The notes under the pieces: model-generated
Told to the model about the DNA's origin: nothing
The model's database searches: none
The model's input: only the letters and a program-made list of their open reading frames with translations
Translations under genes and position numbers: made by a program
In this document: piece after piece, positions 18,358 through 28,771 of the stretch
Layout: the number at the start of each line of letters is the position of its first letter
How positions within the stretch are numbered: the stretch's first letter is position 1
Assembly (NCBI GenBank): GCA_038841535.1
Contig: JAWBTQ010000008.1
Coordinates: 1-52,403, forward strand
Origin: Sulfolobales archaeon
GTDB lineage: Archaea > Thermoproteota > Thermoprotei_A > Sulfolobales > NBVN01
DNA length: 52,403 nt
Reading direction: 5' to 3'

Positions 18358-19530
18358 TTAGCGCATAATGACGCGGTTTCTTAGGCTTGGCTTATCGAAC
18401 TTTGTCCTGATGAGATACATATCTAACCGGTCTCTAGCTTTTTCCCTCTTCTCTTGAAATTCCTGTAGAAACCTTCGGACTCTAGAAGCCAGCTCTGCCT
18501 TGCAGTCCCCGCACATTAGAGAGCCAGTACGGCAACTCCAGTATCTCTCTTGAAGCATCGCATCGCTATCTTCAAACAGCATTTCATACATTTTGTAGAC
18601 AGAGCAGCGGTCTGGGTTACCTCCAAGCTTTTTCTGGAGTTCTATAGTTGGTTGACCACCAGTAAAAGCTCTCATGATTTTCTGAGCACCAACGTCTGGA
18701 GAGTCTGTGGTGTATACAGCAGTCTCAGGTTTAGAAGAAGACATCTTCCCTTCAGGACCTAGACCCGGGAGTAGCTTGTTGTGGACCTGGGACGGTTTAG
18801 GATAGCCCAGGCTCTGCGCTAGATCTCTAGCTATCCTCCAGTATGGGTCTTGGTCTATGCCTGCTGGTATTAAGACATATGTCTCTTCACCGAATATTTC
18901 AGTAGGAAGAAACGATACAGCCATTTGTAGGACTGGGTAAAATATTAGTCCTACGTTAGTAGAGTCCGCAAATCCGAATGTTGCTCTCTGTGTCGAGTAA
19001 GTAAGCTTCTTTGCGACTCTCACTGCTATAGGGTATAGATAACCTATGTCCTCAGTATCTATAATGATGTGGGTCTTCTTATAGTCAAATCCTAAGGCGA
19101 TGAGGTCTAAGGAGTTCTCGTACGCAAAACTGTTGCTCTCCAAGAGGTCGAGCTTCTCTTCATGTAGAAACTTCTCATCGTCCGTCATCTGAAAGAAGAG
19201 GTCTAAGCCTAGTTTCTCCTGTAACCATCGAGTAAATATCCAGGGTAGGATGTGTCCTAAGTGCGTAGATCCTGAAGGACCTCTACCAGTGTATAAAGCA
19301 CACCTATACCCAGCTTCGTATTTACTCAAGTACACGTCCAAGTCTCTGTGAGAGTAGAACACCCGCCTTCTCAGCATGGTGTGAGATTCCCCAGCAAGTC
19401 TTTCGAGGTACCGCACCTCAGAATCTGTTAGTGGTTTAGCTCCAAAGACCTTCAGTAGCTTATCATAATCTACAAAAGCCTCAGCTGCCCAGGGACCTAC
19501 TTGAACAGATTCTTCCACAATACGAGACAC
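18358..19530 (-). CDS. trpS: Tryptophanyl-tRNA synthetase
   Basis: YTGRGPS..THLGH (HIGH), DDEKF, IDQDPY.R, KMSSS and AFTGG. Confidence 0.97.
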   Translation of the reverse strand: MSRIVEESVQVGPWAAEAFVDYDKLLKVFGAKPLTDSEVRYLERLAGESHTMLRRRVFYSHRDLDVYLSKYEAGYRCALYTGRGPSGSTHLGHILPWIFTRWLQEKLGLDLFFQMTDDEKFLHEEKLDLLESNSFAYENSLDLIALGFDYKKTHIIIDTEDIGYLYPIAVRVAKKLTYSTQRATFGFADSTNVGLIFYPVLQMAVSFLPTEIFGEETYVLIPAGIDQDPYWRIARDLAQSLGYPKPSQVHNKLLPGLGPEGKMSSSKPETAVYTTDSPDVGAQKIMRAFTGGQPTIELQKKLGGNPDRCSVYKMYEMLFEDSDAMLQERYWSCRTGSLMCGDCKAELASRVRRFLQEFQEKREKARDRLDMYLIRTKFDKPSLRNRVIMR

Positions 19531-19584
19531 CGCTAATAGATATAAAACTCAGCTTTTAAGTAGTTCGACGTAGCTAAGATACGG

Positions 19585-20700
19585 CTAAGCTCTCTGAATT
19601 TTGGCCAGAGTGCCACTATCTACTACAGCGTAGCCTCCCTCGATTCTAGAGCCCGCAAGCTTTATTTTCTGCGTGCGAGTTAGGGTCTGTATTGGTACGT
19701 AAAACTCGCCTGCTACTCTGTGCACTACAACAGCGTTTTCCTCTATAAGCTTTAGTCCCCTCAATATCTTCGTTACAACTGTTCCGGATGCTTCGGAGTC
19801 GCACTCTATGGTATAGAAAGGACCTTCGCGCTCGAAGCGTTTCTCCAAAAAGGAATCTATACACTTGCGTATACTCTCTACAGACTCTCTAAAGGTTCTT
19901 ATTGCCCAGAGGAAGTAGTCGTAGTTTAAAGGCATGAAAGCCGTGTACTCAGGTCCCTCTACGTCCGTAGCGTACTCAATAATATATGCTGCCTCGTAAA
20001 GGTCCATGATACCGGCATCGTAGTTGGGAACATACGTCCTGTCCTCTAATGACTTGAGAGACTCTACTTTAAGTTCCCTAGCTATATCGCTCTCGGTTAC
20101 CTTACTAACAGGCTTACCGAAGTATTTTAAAACGCATGTATCGACGCTGTACCTTACTACATCCTCTAGAGGCATCGAGCCCCAGCCTATGAGCTTAGGT
20201 GCTACAACTTCCCGCAGGATACCGGAACTCTCCATATTGCTTACAAGTTCCTGTACTTCCTGACTGAGGTTGCTAGCAAGAGACCTGGGCGTGTACTTCG
20301 TTAGAGCAGAAGATAGTAAAAGGGTGTACTCCTCTCTCGAGAGAGTGACTAGTTCTCGTACAAGGTCTAAAACCACGTGGAACACATGTTGAGAATGCTT
20401 TTTTGATCTAAGTTCAGCTAACTCTAAGCAACCCACGCAGTTCTGAATGTAGGCCTCGACACCTATGACCTTATTATTTAGCTGACTGAAGTCTACGGGA
20501 TCTACCGCAAGGTAGAACTCGAAGTCTATTCCTAGAGTTCTCAGTGCCCGCAGTATTACACCGCTTGATACTAGAGCCTCAGCACTAACATCTCCAACGA
20601 CAACTAGAAGCTCTCCTTTACGGACTATCTCAACTAGACTCTTAATGCGGTACTGTTCCTTCCTCTGTTGCGGTATTAACCCCAAAATCTCCCTACTCAC
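19585..20700 (-). CDS. Hypothetical protein, probably a degenerate DHH/RecJ-like homologue
   Basis: Overlaps the rps15 stop at the position usually held by a DHH-family gene; the N-terminal VVVGDVSAEALVSSGVI.RAL resembles motif I but lacks DxDG and DHH. Confidence 0.5.
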   Translation of the reverse strand: MSREILGLIPQQRKEQYRIKSLVEIVRKGELLVVVGDVSAEALVSSGVILRALRTLGIDFEFYLAVDPVDFSQLNNKVIGVEAYIQNCVGCLELAELRSKKHSQHVFHVVLDLVRELVTLSREEYTLLLSSALTKYTPRSLASNLSQEVQELVSNMESSGILREVVAPKLIGWGSMPLEDVVRYSVDTCVLKYFGKPVSKVTESDIARELKVESLKSLEDRTYVPNYDAGIMDLYEAAYIIEYATDVEGPEYTAFMPLNYDYFLWAIRTFRESVESIRKCIDSFLEKRFEREGPFYTIECDSEASGTVVTKILRGLKLIEENAVVVHRVAGEFYVPIQTLTRTQKIKLAGSRIEGGYAVVDSGTLAKIQRA

Positions 20701-21172
20701 TACTCTCTAGTCTATATAAGGGCTGAGAAACTAGCACAGATGCCTCCTCTGGCTTGTACGACCAACTCTCGGGAATTCTCCCAACACTCTTATAATATTT
20801 AGCCAGCCTGTGGATCTTAGATTCTATCTCTATCAACCCCTTCAGGCTGTGAGTGTCCTTAGGGTGTACCGCCAGGTGGTTCCTCAAGTTTACAGCCCTC
20901 TTTATCAGATTATAGAGGTCTTCTGGCAGAACTAGCTTTACATCGTGTTTTCTGAGAACCTCCTGGATTTTTTGCCCTACAACAATTTTAGCTAGTGGAA
21001 TCCCGTACTGGTCTCTTAAAATTACTCCGATCATGGAGGGTGGGTATCCTTTCTTAGCTAACTCCACTATAACAGCCTCTACTTCTTCGGGTGTGAACTG
21101 AACCCACCTAGGTGCCACTCCAGTTGAGGGTCTTGTCGAATGCGACTGGCCCTTCTTCCTCCTCTTGTTCAT
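20693..21172 (-). CDS. rps15: 30S ribosomal protein S15 (uS15)
   Basis: G.SHSTRP, PSMIGVILRDQYGIP, PEDLYNL and ESKIHRL.KYYK. Confidence 0.97.
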   Translation of the reverse strand: MNKRRKKGQSHSTRPSTGVAPRWVQFTPEEVEAVIVELAKKGYPPSMIGVILRDQYGIPLAKIVVGQKIQEVLRKHDVKLVLPEDLYNLIKRAVNLRNHLAVHPKDTHSLKGLIEIESKIHRLAKYYKSVGRIPESWSYKPEEASVLVSQPLYRLESSE

Positions 21173-21413
21173 TCTAGCTTCAGCACCCTAAAAGCTTAGG
21201 GTAAAAGCTTAAAAGTCTAGAAGTACCGAAAGTTCCGGCTCTTACAGTGAGGCTGTCTTATAAGCCCGTCTAGAATAGTGAAACGCTTAAAGCTTCTCAG
21301 TGAGGGCTAGTATTAACTCAGCACTCAAGGAGGTAGAAAATGTTGACTGCTAAGAGAATTTAACACTTGACGAAATAAAACGATAGTAAGCTGTGGGAGT
21401 AGACTAGGCAGAA

Positions 21414-22088
21414 TCACAGTGATACTTCTTCTCCTGGTTTAAGGACTACTATCTCAACAGCTAGCTCTCTCTTTTTAACCTCATTTACGAACTCTTGAGG
21501 TGTGCCCCAGAGCACTGGGAACGTGCCGTAGTGCATCGGAATAACGTATTTAGGTCTAAGAAGATCTACTGCTAGCGCTGCCTCCTCTGGACCCATGGTG
21601 AAGTGTCCCCCGATCGGTAGGAGAGCTACCTTAGGCTTATAGAGTTCTCCGATTAACTTCATATCATAGAAGACTCCCGTATCACCAGCGTGATAGAGAG
21701 CTTCTTCCTGAGACCTTATTATCACTCCAGTAGGAGTACCTCGTGCTGATGAGTGCTGCGCCGGTGTTAGCACTACCGATAGCTTATCTGTCAGCTTTAT
21801 CGGCCCACCTATGTTTGCCCCAATAGTTCTATCCATGCCGACTTTCTCCCCTACGTATGCCGCGATTTCGTATACGGATATCACCTTGGCTCTAGGTGCT
21901 ACCTTTAGCACATCTATAGAGTTCCCTAAGTGATCTCCGTGGTCGTGTGTTACCACTACATAGTCTACATCGGCATAGTCCTCCGGCTTACTCGTGTATG
22001 TCGGGTTATTAAGCCAAGGGTCTATTAAAAATCTCGCACCTCCTATTATTACGTAAAATGCTGCATGACCCAACCACTTTATCTTCAT
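21414..22088 (-). CDS. Metallo-beta-lactamase-fold metal-dependent hydrolase (UPF0173-like)
   Basis: WLGHA, IDPW, THDHGDH, YHAGDT, PIGGHFTM and PMHYGTF. Confidence 0.92.
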   Translation of the reverse strand: MKIKWLGHAAFYVIIGGARFLIDPWLNNPTYTSKPEDYADVDYVVVTHDHGDHLGNSIDVLKVAPRAKVISVYEIAAYVGEKVGMDRTIGANIGGPIKLTDKLSVVLTPAQHSSARGTPTGVIIRSQEEALYHAGDTGVFYDMKLIGELYKPKVALLPIGGHFTMGPEEAALAVDLLRPKYVIPMHYGTFPVLWGTPQEFVNEVKKRELAVEIVVLKPGEEVSL

Positions 22089-22128
22089 ATACGTCCCGGA
22101 GTATATAGCACGAGTCAGCTTAAAACTG

Positions 22129-24600
22129 CTAACCTAAGCTTTCGCTTAACTTCTCTGAGAGAATTTCAAGGGCTTTCGCTAAAGATCCTCGAACGGCATT
22201 AGTAGCAGCAGCTTTACCCATATTAAACTCCTCACGCAAGCTTTCCCAGGGCTTGCCTTGAAGCACTTTAGCAATTAATATCTGACCACTTTTTTGCTCT
22301 ACTCGACCGAATCTGCCCTCATATACAAGCTTCTTAACAGCTAGTAATGCGGAGTCAAAGACTACTTCTAGAGTGAATACTGCGGATATGTAGAGAGATA
22401 GTCTCTCTAATTGGGTATCTCTAAGATCTATCGCCTTAGATATCTCGAGGGGTTTCTCAAGAGAACTCAGTATCAAATAGGCAGTATCGGTTTCAAAGTC
22501 TCTATAGACCGCTGGAAGAGACTCGACAAACTTTACAATAAAGTCCCCTAAAGAGACCTCAACAGCACTTCTCCACGCATCTGTAAGTGGGTGTATTACG
22601 AGAGCCGTATACTCACCACTCACTGGGTTTCTTTCTGGAGATAGGTGAAGCACTCTAAACCCATTTTTAAGCCAGAAGTTCAGAAGCTCGTACGTTACAC
22701 CAAAACCCGCACCCACCCAATCATAGCCTCTAGCTCTAGCTTCATCGAGAATTTTCTTGATGAACTCAGACCCTACACCCATACCTTGCGCATCTATGTG
22801 AACAGCTATTCTAACGACTCTCCACCCGATACCTTCTCCAAAGATTCTCCTCCTGAGGTGCTTTAGGAGCCTATCGGGTATTATGTTCCCAGATATCTTG
22901 CCTCCCTTAAGCAACTCATCTATGTACTCGCTCGTTAGACCCCCCTCTTCGGCTAACTGCGCAGCTGCTATGACTTTTCCGTTTTTTAAAACCATGGCCC
23001 TCACGGCGTGGTGTGGAGCGTCTGCTATCATTCCCAGATCATCTGGCTCATTTCTGTAATGCGCTAAAACGTAAATACCAAACAGCTGTCTTAGAAGTAC
23101 TTCGTTCTCTGGTTTAAAGAGTTCTTCCGGTTCGTAAGCAACGTAAGAGTAGTCACCCTTCTTTATGGACTCTATGTCTTCTGCAGTAAGCTCTATAGGC
23201 TCTGCATTTAGGAGGAGCACATCAAACTGAAACCTCTCTATCGGGTCATCGGCAGAGTACCTTATCGGCTCACTCATCTCAACTATTGCTAGCTTAGTCT
23301 TTTTGTCATCTTTTATCCTCTTTAAGAAGCGCACTGAGAAGCCTCGACCAGCGCCCTCATAGCCATGTATTGTCGTAGAGAATATAGTGCGCCCAAACTT
23401 CCTCCAGATCTTGTGGAGAAGAGGTACCGGAATCCCGGCTGCTTCATCAACTACGACCATATCTACGCCCAGCTTGAGTACGTCAAGTGGAGACCAGTAC
23501 TCAATACTGAACCTATCACCCTTTATCTCTATTATGAAGCCTTCTTTCTTTATAACTCTAAACTCCTTCTTAAGGACTTCTAGAGCTTTAGTCGCTAGAA
23601 GCATCATCGACTGAATAGAGCTAGGTTCGTTAGCGGTTACTGCTACTCTAACCCTGTTCTTAAACCTCAGAAGCTCTCGTATGAGTCCTACAACACCTAT
23701 CCCAACAGCGGATGACTTGCCCCTCCCTCTATCAGCTATAACTACGACTACTTGATGCCTAAACTCCTTAAACTTCTCGACCATGTTCTTCTCTACAGCC
23801 TCGATGACACTTACCTGGTCTTGAGTTAGTGCGAGCCTGTAGAGCTCGTCTGGAAAAAGCCTCACTTGAGGCAGCTCTAGTTCCCTCTCGCTTCGCAGGT
23901 TCTTAACCGCCTCTTTGATACCGACATCCCTTTTTAGTAGTTTATTGCTCTCTACATCGTAGACTACGACTCCGTCGTGACTGTAGAGGTGGCGTATAAA
24001 CCACTGAACAAAAACGTGCCTAGGCTTAGGATGATTCGGTACGACTAGGCTCTGCTTAAATAAGGTCATATGCTTAGGCCAGGCGTCATGGGGTGGAGTA
24101 AGGAGTAATATAATACCACCTCCCTCAACTATCCCGAGTAACCTCCCTACATCGTTCGGCCTCAAATCGTTGAGAAGGTCTAATACTAGAACCTGTACTG
24201 TTGTTCCCAAATACTTGGCGCTCTTCTCGTATACCACTACTTCCAGCTCTGCTGTGACCCCGCTTGAAGGCTTGGCAAAGTGCTTCAGTACTTTTCTAAC
24301 TAACTTCATCCTCGCCACAGCTTCTGGGAACTCATCGTGATAGAAGTAGAGGACTTTCACAGTGCGTTCTCTCTTCTCTAGCTGCCTAACTACCTTAAGA
24401 TACCTTATTATTAACTCAGCTGCTAGTCCTGCCAGTTTTAAGTCGCTCTTTCCGCAGAGAGCTATAATCCTCCTCTGGTTAAGTGCTTGTGCAGCACTAA
24501 CGCTCCTCTTAAAGACCTGAAGCAGCTCGTGGTAATCTCCTCCAGCAAGCTCTCTAAGCTTATCCCGTATTTCCGTGAAGGAGCTCTTCAAGTTAGGCAC
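22129..24600 (-). CDS. tmcA: RNA cytidine acetyltransferase (TmcA/Nat10)
   Basis: Helicase-like ADRGRGKS, DEAAGIP, STTIHGYEGAGRGF and AHYRNEPDDL; GNAT RIAV....QGMGVGS. Confidence 0.95.
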   Translation of the reverse strand: MPNLKSSFTEIRDKLRELAGGDYHELLQVFKRSVSAAQALNQRRIIALCGKSDLKLAGLAAELIIRYLKVVRQLEKRERTVKVLYFYHDEFPEAVARMKLVRKVLKHFAKPSSGVTAELEVVVYEKSAKYLGTTVQVLVLDLLNDLRPNDVGRLLGIVEGGGIILLLTPPHDAWPKHMTLFKQSLVVPNHPKPRHVFVQWFIRHLYSHDGVVVYDVESNKLLKRDVGIKEAVKNLRSERELELPQVRLFPDELYRLALTQDQVSVIEAVEKNMVEKFKEFRHQVVVVIADRGRGKSSAVGIGVVGLIRELLRFKNRVRVAVTANEPSSIQSMMLLATKALEVLKKEFRVIKKEGFIIEIKGDRFSIEYWSPLDVLKLGVDMVVVDEAAGIPVPLLHKIWRKFGRTIFSTTIHGYEGAGRGFSVRFLKRIKDDKKTKLAIVEMSEPIRYSADDPIERFQFDVLLLNAEPIELTAEDIESIKKGDYSYVAYEPEELFKPENEVLLRQLFGIYVLAHYRNEPDDLGMIADAPHHAVRAMVLKNGKVIAAAQLAEEGGLTSEYIDELLKGGKISGNIIPDRLLKHLRRRIFGEGIGWRVVRIAVHIDAQGMGVGSEFIKKILDEARARGYDWVGAGFGVTYELLNFWLKNGFRVLHLSPERNPVSGEYTALVIHPLTDAWRSAVEVSLGDFIVKFVESLPAVYRDFETDTAYLILSSLEKPLEISKAIDLRDTQLERLSLYISAVFTLEVVFDSALLAVKKLVYEGRFGRVEQKSGQILIAKVLQGKPWESLREEFNMGKAAATNAVRGSLAKALEILSEKLSESLG

Positions 24601-25849
24601 CGAACTTCTCAGCTCTACCCGAGTAGTCCATTAAAACCCCAAATAGCTCAGTGTTTCTGAGCCTTCCAAGCGAGCCTTTCCTGGCCTCTCTTTCCGTAAG
24701 CCTAGAGAATCCGTCTGCCAAGATCCCGGGAGCATAAACCATAACAGGTACTGGGTCAGACGTGTGGTCTCTCACTGTAACAGGCGTGGTGTGGTCTCCG
24801 AGAAATGAAATCACTACTTCTTCTAAGTCTACTCTATCCACTATATAGGATACTCCCTTTAAGGTTCTCTCGATCACATCGACTTTTGCCTCCAGATTTC
24901 CGTCGTGGGACGCCGAGTCAGTTCCCTTGACGTGTACATAGATGAGGTCGTAGTCCTGATTATAGAAGTCTACTGCTACCCGTGCTTTAACCATTATATC
25001 GCTATCTACACCTCCAGTAGCACCCTTGGGAGTTACTGTTTCAAAACCTAGGAGTGCGCAAACTCCTTTCACTAGCGCAGTAGCTGATACAGCTACAGCC
25101 TTTCCTAAGTTAAAGTCTCTTCGCTCAGAGAACTTAGGGTATTTCATCATTTTACCCGCTCCTCTGAGTAGTATTATGTTAGCAGGAGGCATACCGCTTT
25201 CGATCCTCTTAGAGTTCAGGGGGCACGTGCTCAGTAAGTCGTAAACCTTCCTAGTGAAGATGTTGACAACTCTAGCCATTCTTTCTGCTCCCTCATCAAC
25301 TACTAGAGGCCTAGATTCTGGCACCTTCACACCTTCGGTGTGGGGGTCTGTGTCACTTACCGCATCGGATAGGGAAACACCTCTAAACACTACGGCGACT
25401 CTGTGCTCGGTCGCATGGTGTATCTCGACTCTGACGCCATCAATTTCACCGATATTTTCGTTTAAGTACTTGACTAACTGCCTCGCTTCCGGTATGCTTC
25501 TACCAGCCCTCCTATCTACCACTACCATGTCCCTATCGACTGTGGCAAAGTTTCCTCGAAATGCTACATCCCCTGGATATAGTACGGCACCAGCACCTAT
25601 GGCTTCAAAAGGGCCTCTACCGGGGTAATTATTGAGCGGGTTAACTCCAAACAGAGCTAAGTGTGCTGTATCGCTCCCAGGCCTAACACCTGGCTGAATA
25701 GGGTCCCACAAGCCTATTGCGGACTTACGAATTAAGTCAGCTACTACACTAAAGTCTACTAACTCAAGCGGAGTCTTCATACCTAACTTCGGCACGGGTC
25801 TATCTCCCAATCCGTCCGCAACCACCAACACAACTTTCAGTTTCTTCAA
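24593..25849 (-). CDS. apgM: 2,3-bisphosphoglycerate-independent phosphoglycerate mutase
   Basis: DGLGDRP, PGSDTAHL, GRGPFEA.G, HVK.TD..SHDG and GDHTTP. Confidence 0.95.
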   Translation of the reverse strand: MKKLKVVLVVADGLGDRPVPKLGMKTPLELVDFSVVADLIRKSAIGLWDPIQPGVRPGSDTAHLALFGVNPLNNYPGRGPFEAIGAGAVLYPGDVAFRGNFATVDRDMVVVDRRAGRSIPEARQLVKYLNENIGEIDGVRVEIHHATEHRVAVVFRGVSLSDAVSDTDPHTEGVKVPESRPLVVDEGAERMARVVNIFTRKVYDLLSTCPLNSKRIESGMPPANIILLRGAGKMMKYPKFSERRDFNLGKAVAVSATALVKGVCALLGFETVTPKGATGGVDSDIMVKARVAVDFYNQDYDLIYVHVKGTDSASHDGNLEAKVDVIERTLKGVSYIVDRVDLEEVVISFLGDHTTPVTVRDHTSDPVPVMVYAPGILADGFSRLTEREARKGSLGRLRNTELFGVLMDYSGRAEKFGA

Positions 25850-26328
25850 CTGCCAGCCCCAGGATATTAACCTCGGCTACCTTATGTGCGTTCCATGACT
25901 CGCGACTCTCTCCTAGCCCTCATTGTCTACATCGAATGCGGCTATAGCAGTGTTTAAACTTAGATGGTGCTGACTAACGATGGTGCTGACTTTAGCCTAA
26001 GATAACTTGTCTACCCCCTCGTTACTCTGAATGGGGAAGCTTTCAGTTACTATGGTACTCCCACTAGGGTAATATTCTACTCTAGTGAAGAGCTATCTCC
26101 GGTGGAGACGAAGTTCGATTTAACGTAGAAAAGAGTGAGTGGTGGGTAAGCTGCTTTCACTTGATCTCTTATGAGTATAGACTAACATTACATTGAGTAA
26201 GACTTGTTTAGAGGACAATAGCGTTCTAAACTTACTTGAAGATTATTTGCGGGGACTATCGTCGCTCTCGCAATTTCTGCTGTGACTGAAATTGCTACTT
26301 AGTCATGCGATAGAGTTCGCGATAAGAG

Positions 26329-27099
26329 CTAGTCCTGTTGAGTGCTAATGTAGTCCAGTAGTTCACTCAACGATGGAGTGGGTAGTCCACGCTTATCGAA
26401 AAATTTGATCAAGTTAGCTAGGTCGCGGGTTAAGTACTCGATCGCGTTCGGGTGGTCTAGAGTTACAGCTTGACTTACGTCTATTATATAGTGCGTTCCC
26501 TCCCAAATCATTACGTTATACTCGCTGAGATCTCCGTGAACTAATCGAGCTTTCTGAAACATCTTCCTTAAGTCCTCTAATAACTTTTTAAAGATTCTCT
26601 CAAGCTCCCCTAAATCTAGGTCGAGGTCCTTAAGTAATGGTGCTGGAACCCCGTCATGTCCTATGAAGCTCATGACGAGAATATTCTCGTGTACTGCTAA
26701 AGGCCTAGGCACGGAGACCCCTGCCTCGTACATCCTCGTATAGTTACTGAACTCTTTTTTTGCCCAAAGAGAATACAACTTTCTAGTTGAAGTAGGTACT
26801 CTCCCAGAGAACCTTGGGTCTGCCTCTAGGTACTTAGTTATACCTTTCCTGAACTCTGCTGATGAGGTCAAGTAGATCTTTATAGCGATGTCTTTCTTCT
26901 CGAAGCTCTTGCCCCAGTAGACCCTAGCTTCTTTTCCAGCACTTACGACTCCCTTAACCTCGTAGATAACTTTTTTACGGACAAGCTCCAAGAGAGCTCT
27001 AACTGTAGCCGCATCAAATACTTCTTCAACTACTTCGAATAGGTCCTTATCTACTCTACGGGGTTCTCTAGAGGTGAGCCTATAGTACTCGTCTACCAA
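26329..27099 (-). CDS. rio1: RIO1-type serine/threonine kinase
   Basis: SAGKEARVY, AIKIY, WAKKEF.N, LVHGDLSEYN, IIDVSQAV and HPNA. Confidence 0.95.
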   Translation of the reverse strand: MVDEYYRLTSREPRRVDKDLFEVVEEVFDAATVRALLELVRKKVIYEVKGVVSAGKEARVYWGKSFEKKDIAIKIYLTSSAEFRKGITKYLEADPRFSGRVPTSTRKLYSLWAKKEFSNYTRMYEAGVSVPRPLAVHENILVMSFIGHDGVPAPLLKDLDLDLGELERIFKKLLEDLRKMFQKARLVHGDLSEYNVMIWEGTHYIIDVSQAVTLDHPNAIEYLTRDLANLIKFFDKRGLPTPSLSELLDYISTQQD

Positions 27100-27119
27100 C
27101 CTATCAATGTCACTACGTC

Positions 27120-27449
27120 CTATACGGTACCACCAGCGTACTCAATAAGCTTAGGGTCAAGATAGCCGTGTTCAATAAGCTTCTTTCTCTCATCCCTAGA
27201 GTACTTGTATACTATATCACCCCTGTCACTGACTTCAGCCCAAAGCTCCACTAGAACTACATCGAGTGGGGATATCCAGACCTTCTTTCTGAGCTTCCCG
27301 GGTATTCTAGCTACTCGAGCTTGCTCATCAGTACAGACTACTTTAACGTAATTAGCACCAACTAGCTGGCTAACTACGCAAATGACCTGCGTCTTACTCT
27401 CCGGGATCGGCACGTCTTTCGGTTTAGTCTGACTCAGCTTTCTCACCAC
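27120..27449 (-). CDS. eif1a: Translation initiation factor aIF-1A
   Basis: ARIPGKLRKKVWI...DVVLVELW and GDIVYKY. Confidence 0.93.
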   Translation of the reverse strand: MVRKLSQTKPKDVPIPESKTQVICVVSQLVGANYVKVVCTDEQARVARIPGKLRKKVWISPLDVVLVELWAEVSDRGDIVYKYSRDERKKLIEHGYLDPKLIEYAGGTV

Positions 27450-27608
27450 TAGATATTTACTTAAGCTCCTATATCTACAGAAGAACTTCGTATTTCATAC
27501 CAAAGCGCTTTTACGCTACAAGCTATCGATTACTTAACTTACTTAGAACTCCTTTTGTATTGTTTGCTGTTTTCGTTATAGTATCTCTAATTATGTTTCT
27601 CTCCACTG

Positions 27609-28451
27609 CTAGCTCTTTTCATGTATCACGGGCTTCTGCCTCCATAAGCTGTTAAGAGTGAAGCTGAGGGTCTCCCCCGTCTTTAAATCGCGTAAAACCA
27701 CCATCCTCGGGTTCGCCTCAACTACTTCATATATGCTACTCTGCAACTCGACGAGATCTCCTCTTTTAATCTCGTAAATCCTAACGGAGAATACGGCTTT
27801 AGGTCTTCTATGAGCGTGTTTAAATCCCTTCCACGTAGACAGTACCCTAGTAATGTAACTAGACTCTAAGTCTCTAATTATCCGTAGAGCCGAGGATTTC
27901 TCTGCTATATGTAGGTCCACACCCTCTTTATACTCCTTAATGTCTACTACACCAGGGTATTTATAGGCATCACTTGCTATTTTCGAGACTAGTGCTGACG
28001 CCCTCGAGTTGCCAGGCCTTAACTGCAGTATCGCTTCGAAGCTCTTAGTTCTGTACCTATAGCACTCAGGGCATATAGTGCTCTTCACAACCAATCTAAC
28101 TCTCAACTCCTGACGTAAAGCAACCCCGCTAGCTACTCCCCCTACTTCAATTACCGCCTCATCGGCATGGAGTTCGATCTTGGATACAGTAACTTGGTTA
28201 ACTCCTTCAGCTACTCTTCCCCTAGCGACGTAGCCTTCAACTAAGCTTCTAACGTACTCGACTAGACCGATGTCGAAGAACTTTCCCCCACGAGACCTTA
28301 TGGCACCACAAGAGCGGCATATAAACACCTCGACGTAGTTTGGAAGCTGAACTAGTCTCTTAGTGCTAGTAAAGCAGCTGGCGCAGAGGCCCTGTATTAG
28401 AGGGTTGTCTTGAGACTCCTGGCGTCCGCACTTAGCGCAAAACGCTCTCAA
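27609..28451 (-). CDS. NMD3 family protein
   Basis: Four CxxC motifs and FEAILQLR; typical aIF2beta-DUF424-NMD3 context. Confidence 0.85.
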   Translation of the reverse strand: MRAFCAKCGRQESQDNPLIQGLCASCFTSTKRLVQLPNYVEVFICRSCGAIRSRGGKFFDIGLVEYVRSLVEGYVARGRVAEGVNQVTVSKIELHADEAVIEVGGVASGVALRQELRVRLVVKSTICPECYRYRTKSFEAILQLRPGNSRASALVSKIASDAYKYPGVVDIKEYKEGVDLHIAEKSSALRIIRDLESSYITRVLSTWKGFKHAHRRPKAVFSVRIYEIKRGDLVELQSSIYEVVEANPRMVVLRDLKTGETLSFTLNSLWRQKPVIHEKS

Positions 28452-28771
28452 GACTCGTACCTAAGTATTATAGTGTACGGTATTCCAGAGATTCTGTTAA
28501 CTGCTAATGGGTGCGCTAACCCTGCCTCTATAAGCTTGCTCACTATGTGCTCCCCAACTGCTAATACGTTATTCAAAGACTCTATTAACGCTATGGCCTC
28601 ATCTATTTCCACAATGTCTCCCCCAAAAAACTCCTCGTTAATCTCGAGAACTAAGTCCCCGTCACGAAAGACCTTTCCCAGGAGCTCCTCGTCGCACACT
28701 CCAGCAACCTTCCTGAGAGAGCCACTCTCATCTACTTCAACGACTTTTATGTAAACTCTCAATACTACCAC
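28448..28771 (-). CDS. DUF424 family protein
   Basis: CDEELLGKVF, FFGG, N.VG...V and I.GIPY. Confidence 0.88.
   Translation of the reverse strand: MVVLRVYIKVVEVDESGSLRKVAGVCDEELLGKVFRDGDLVLEINEEFFGGDIVEIDEAIALIESLNNVLAVGEHIVSKLIEAGLAHPLAVNRISGIPYTIILRYES

Noticed and set aside
25963-25991. 13-bp direct repeat GATGGTGCTGACT (25963-25975, 25979-25991) containing CTGA
   Set aside because: Only two copies, and the spacing fits neither a C/D sRNA nor CRISPR; probably a small tandem duplication
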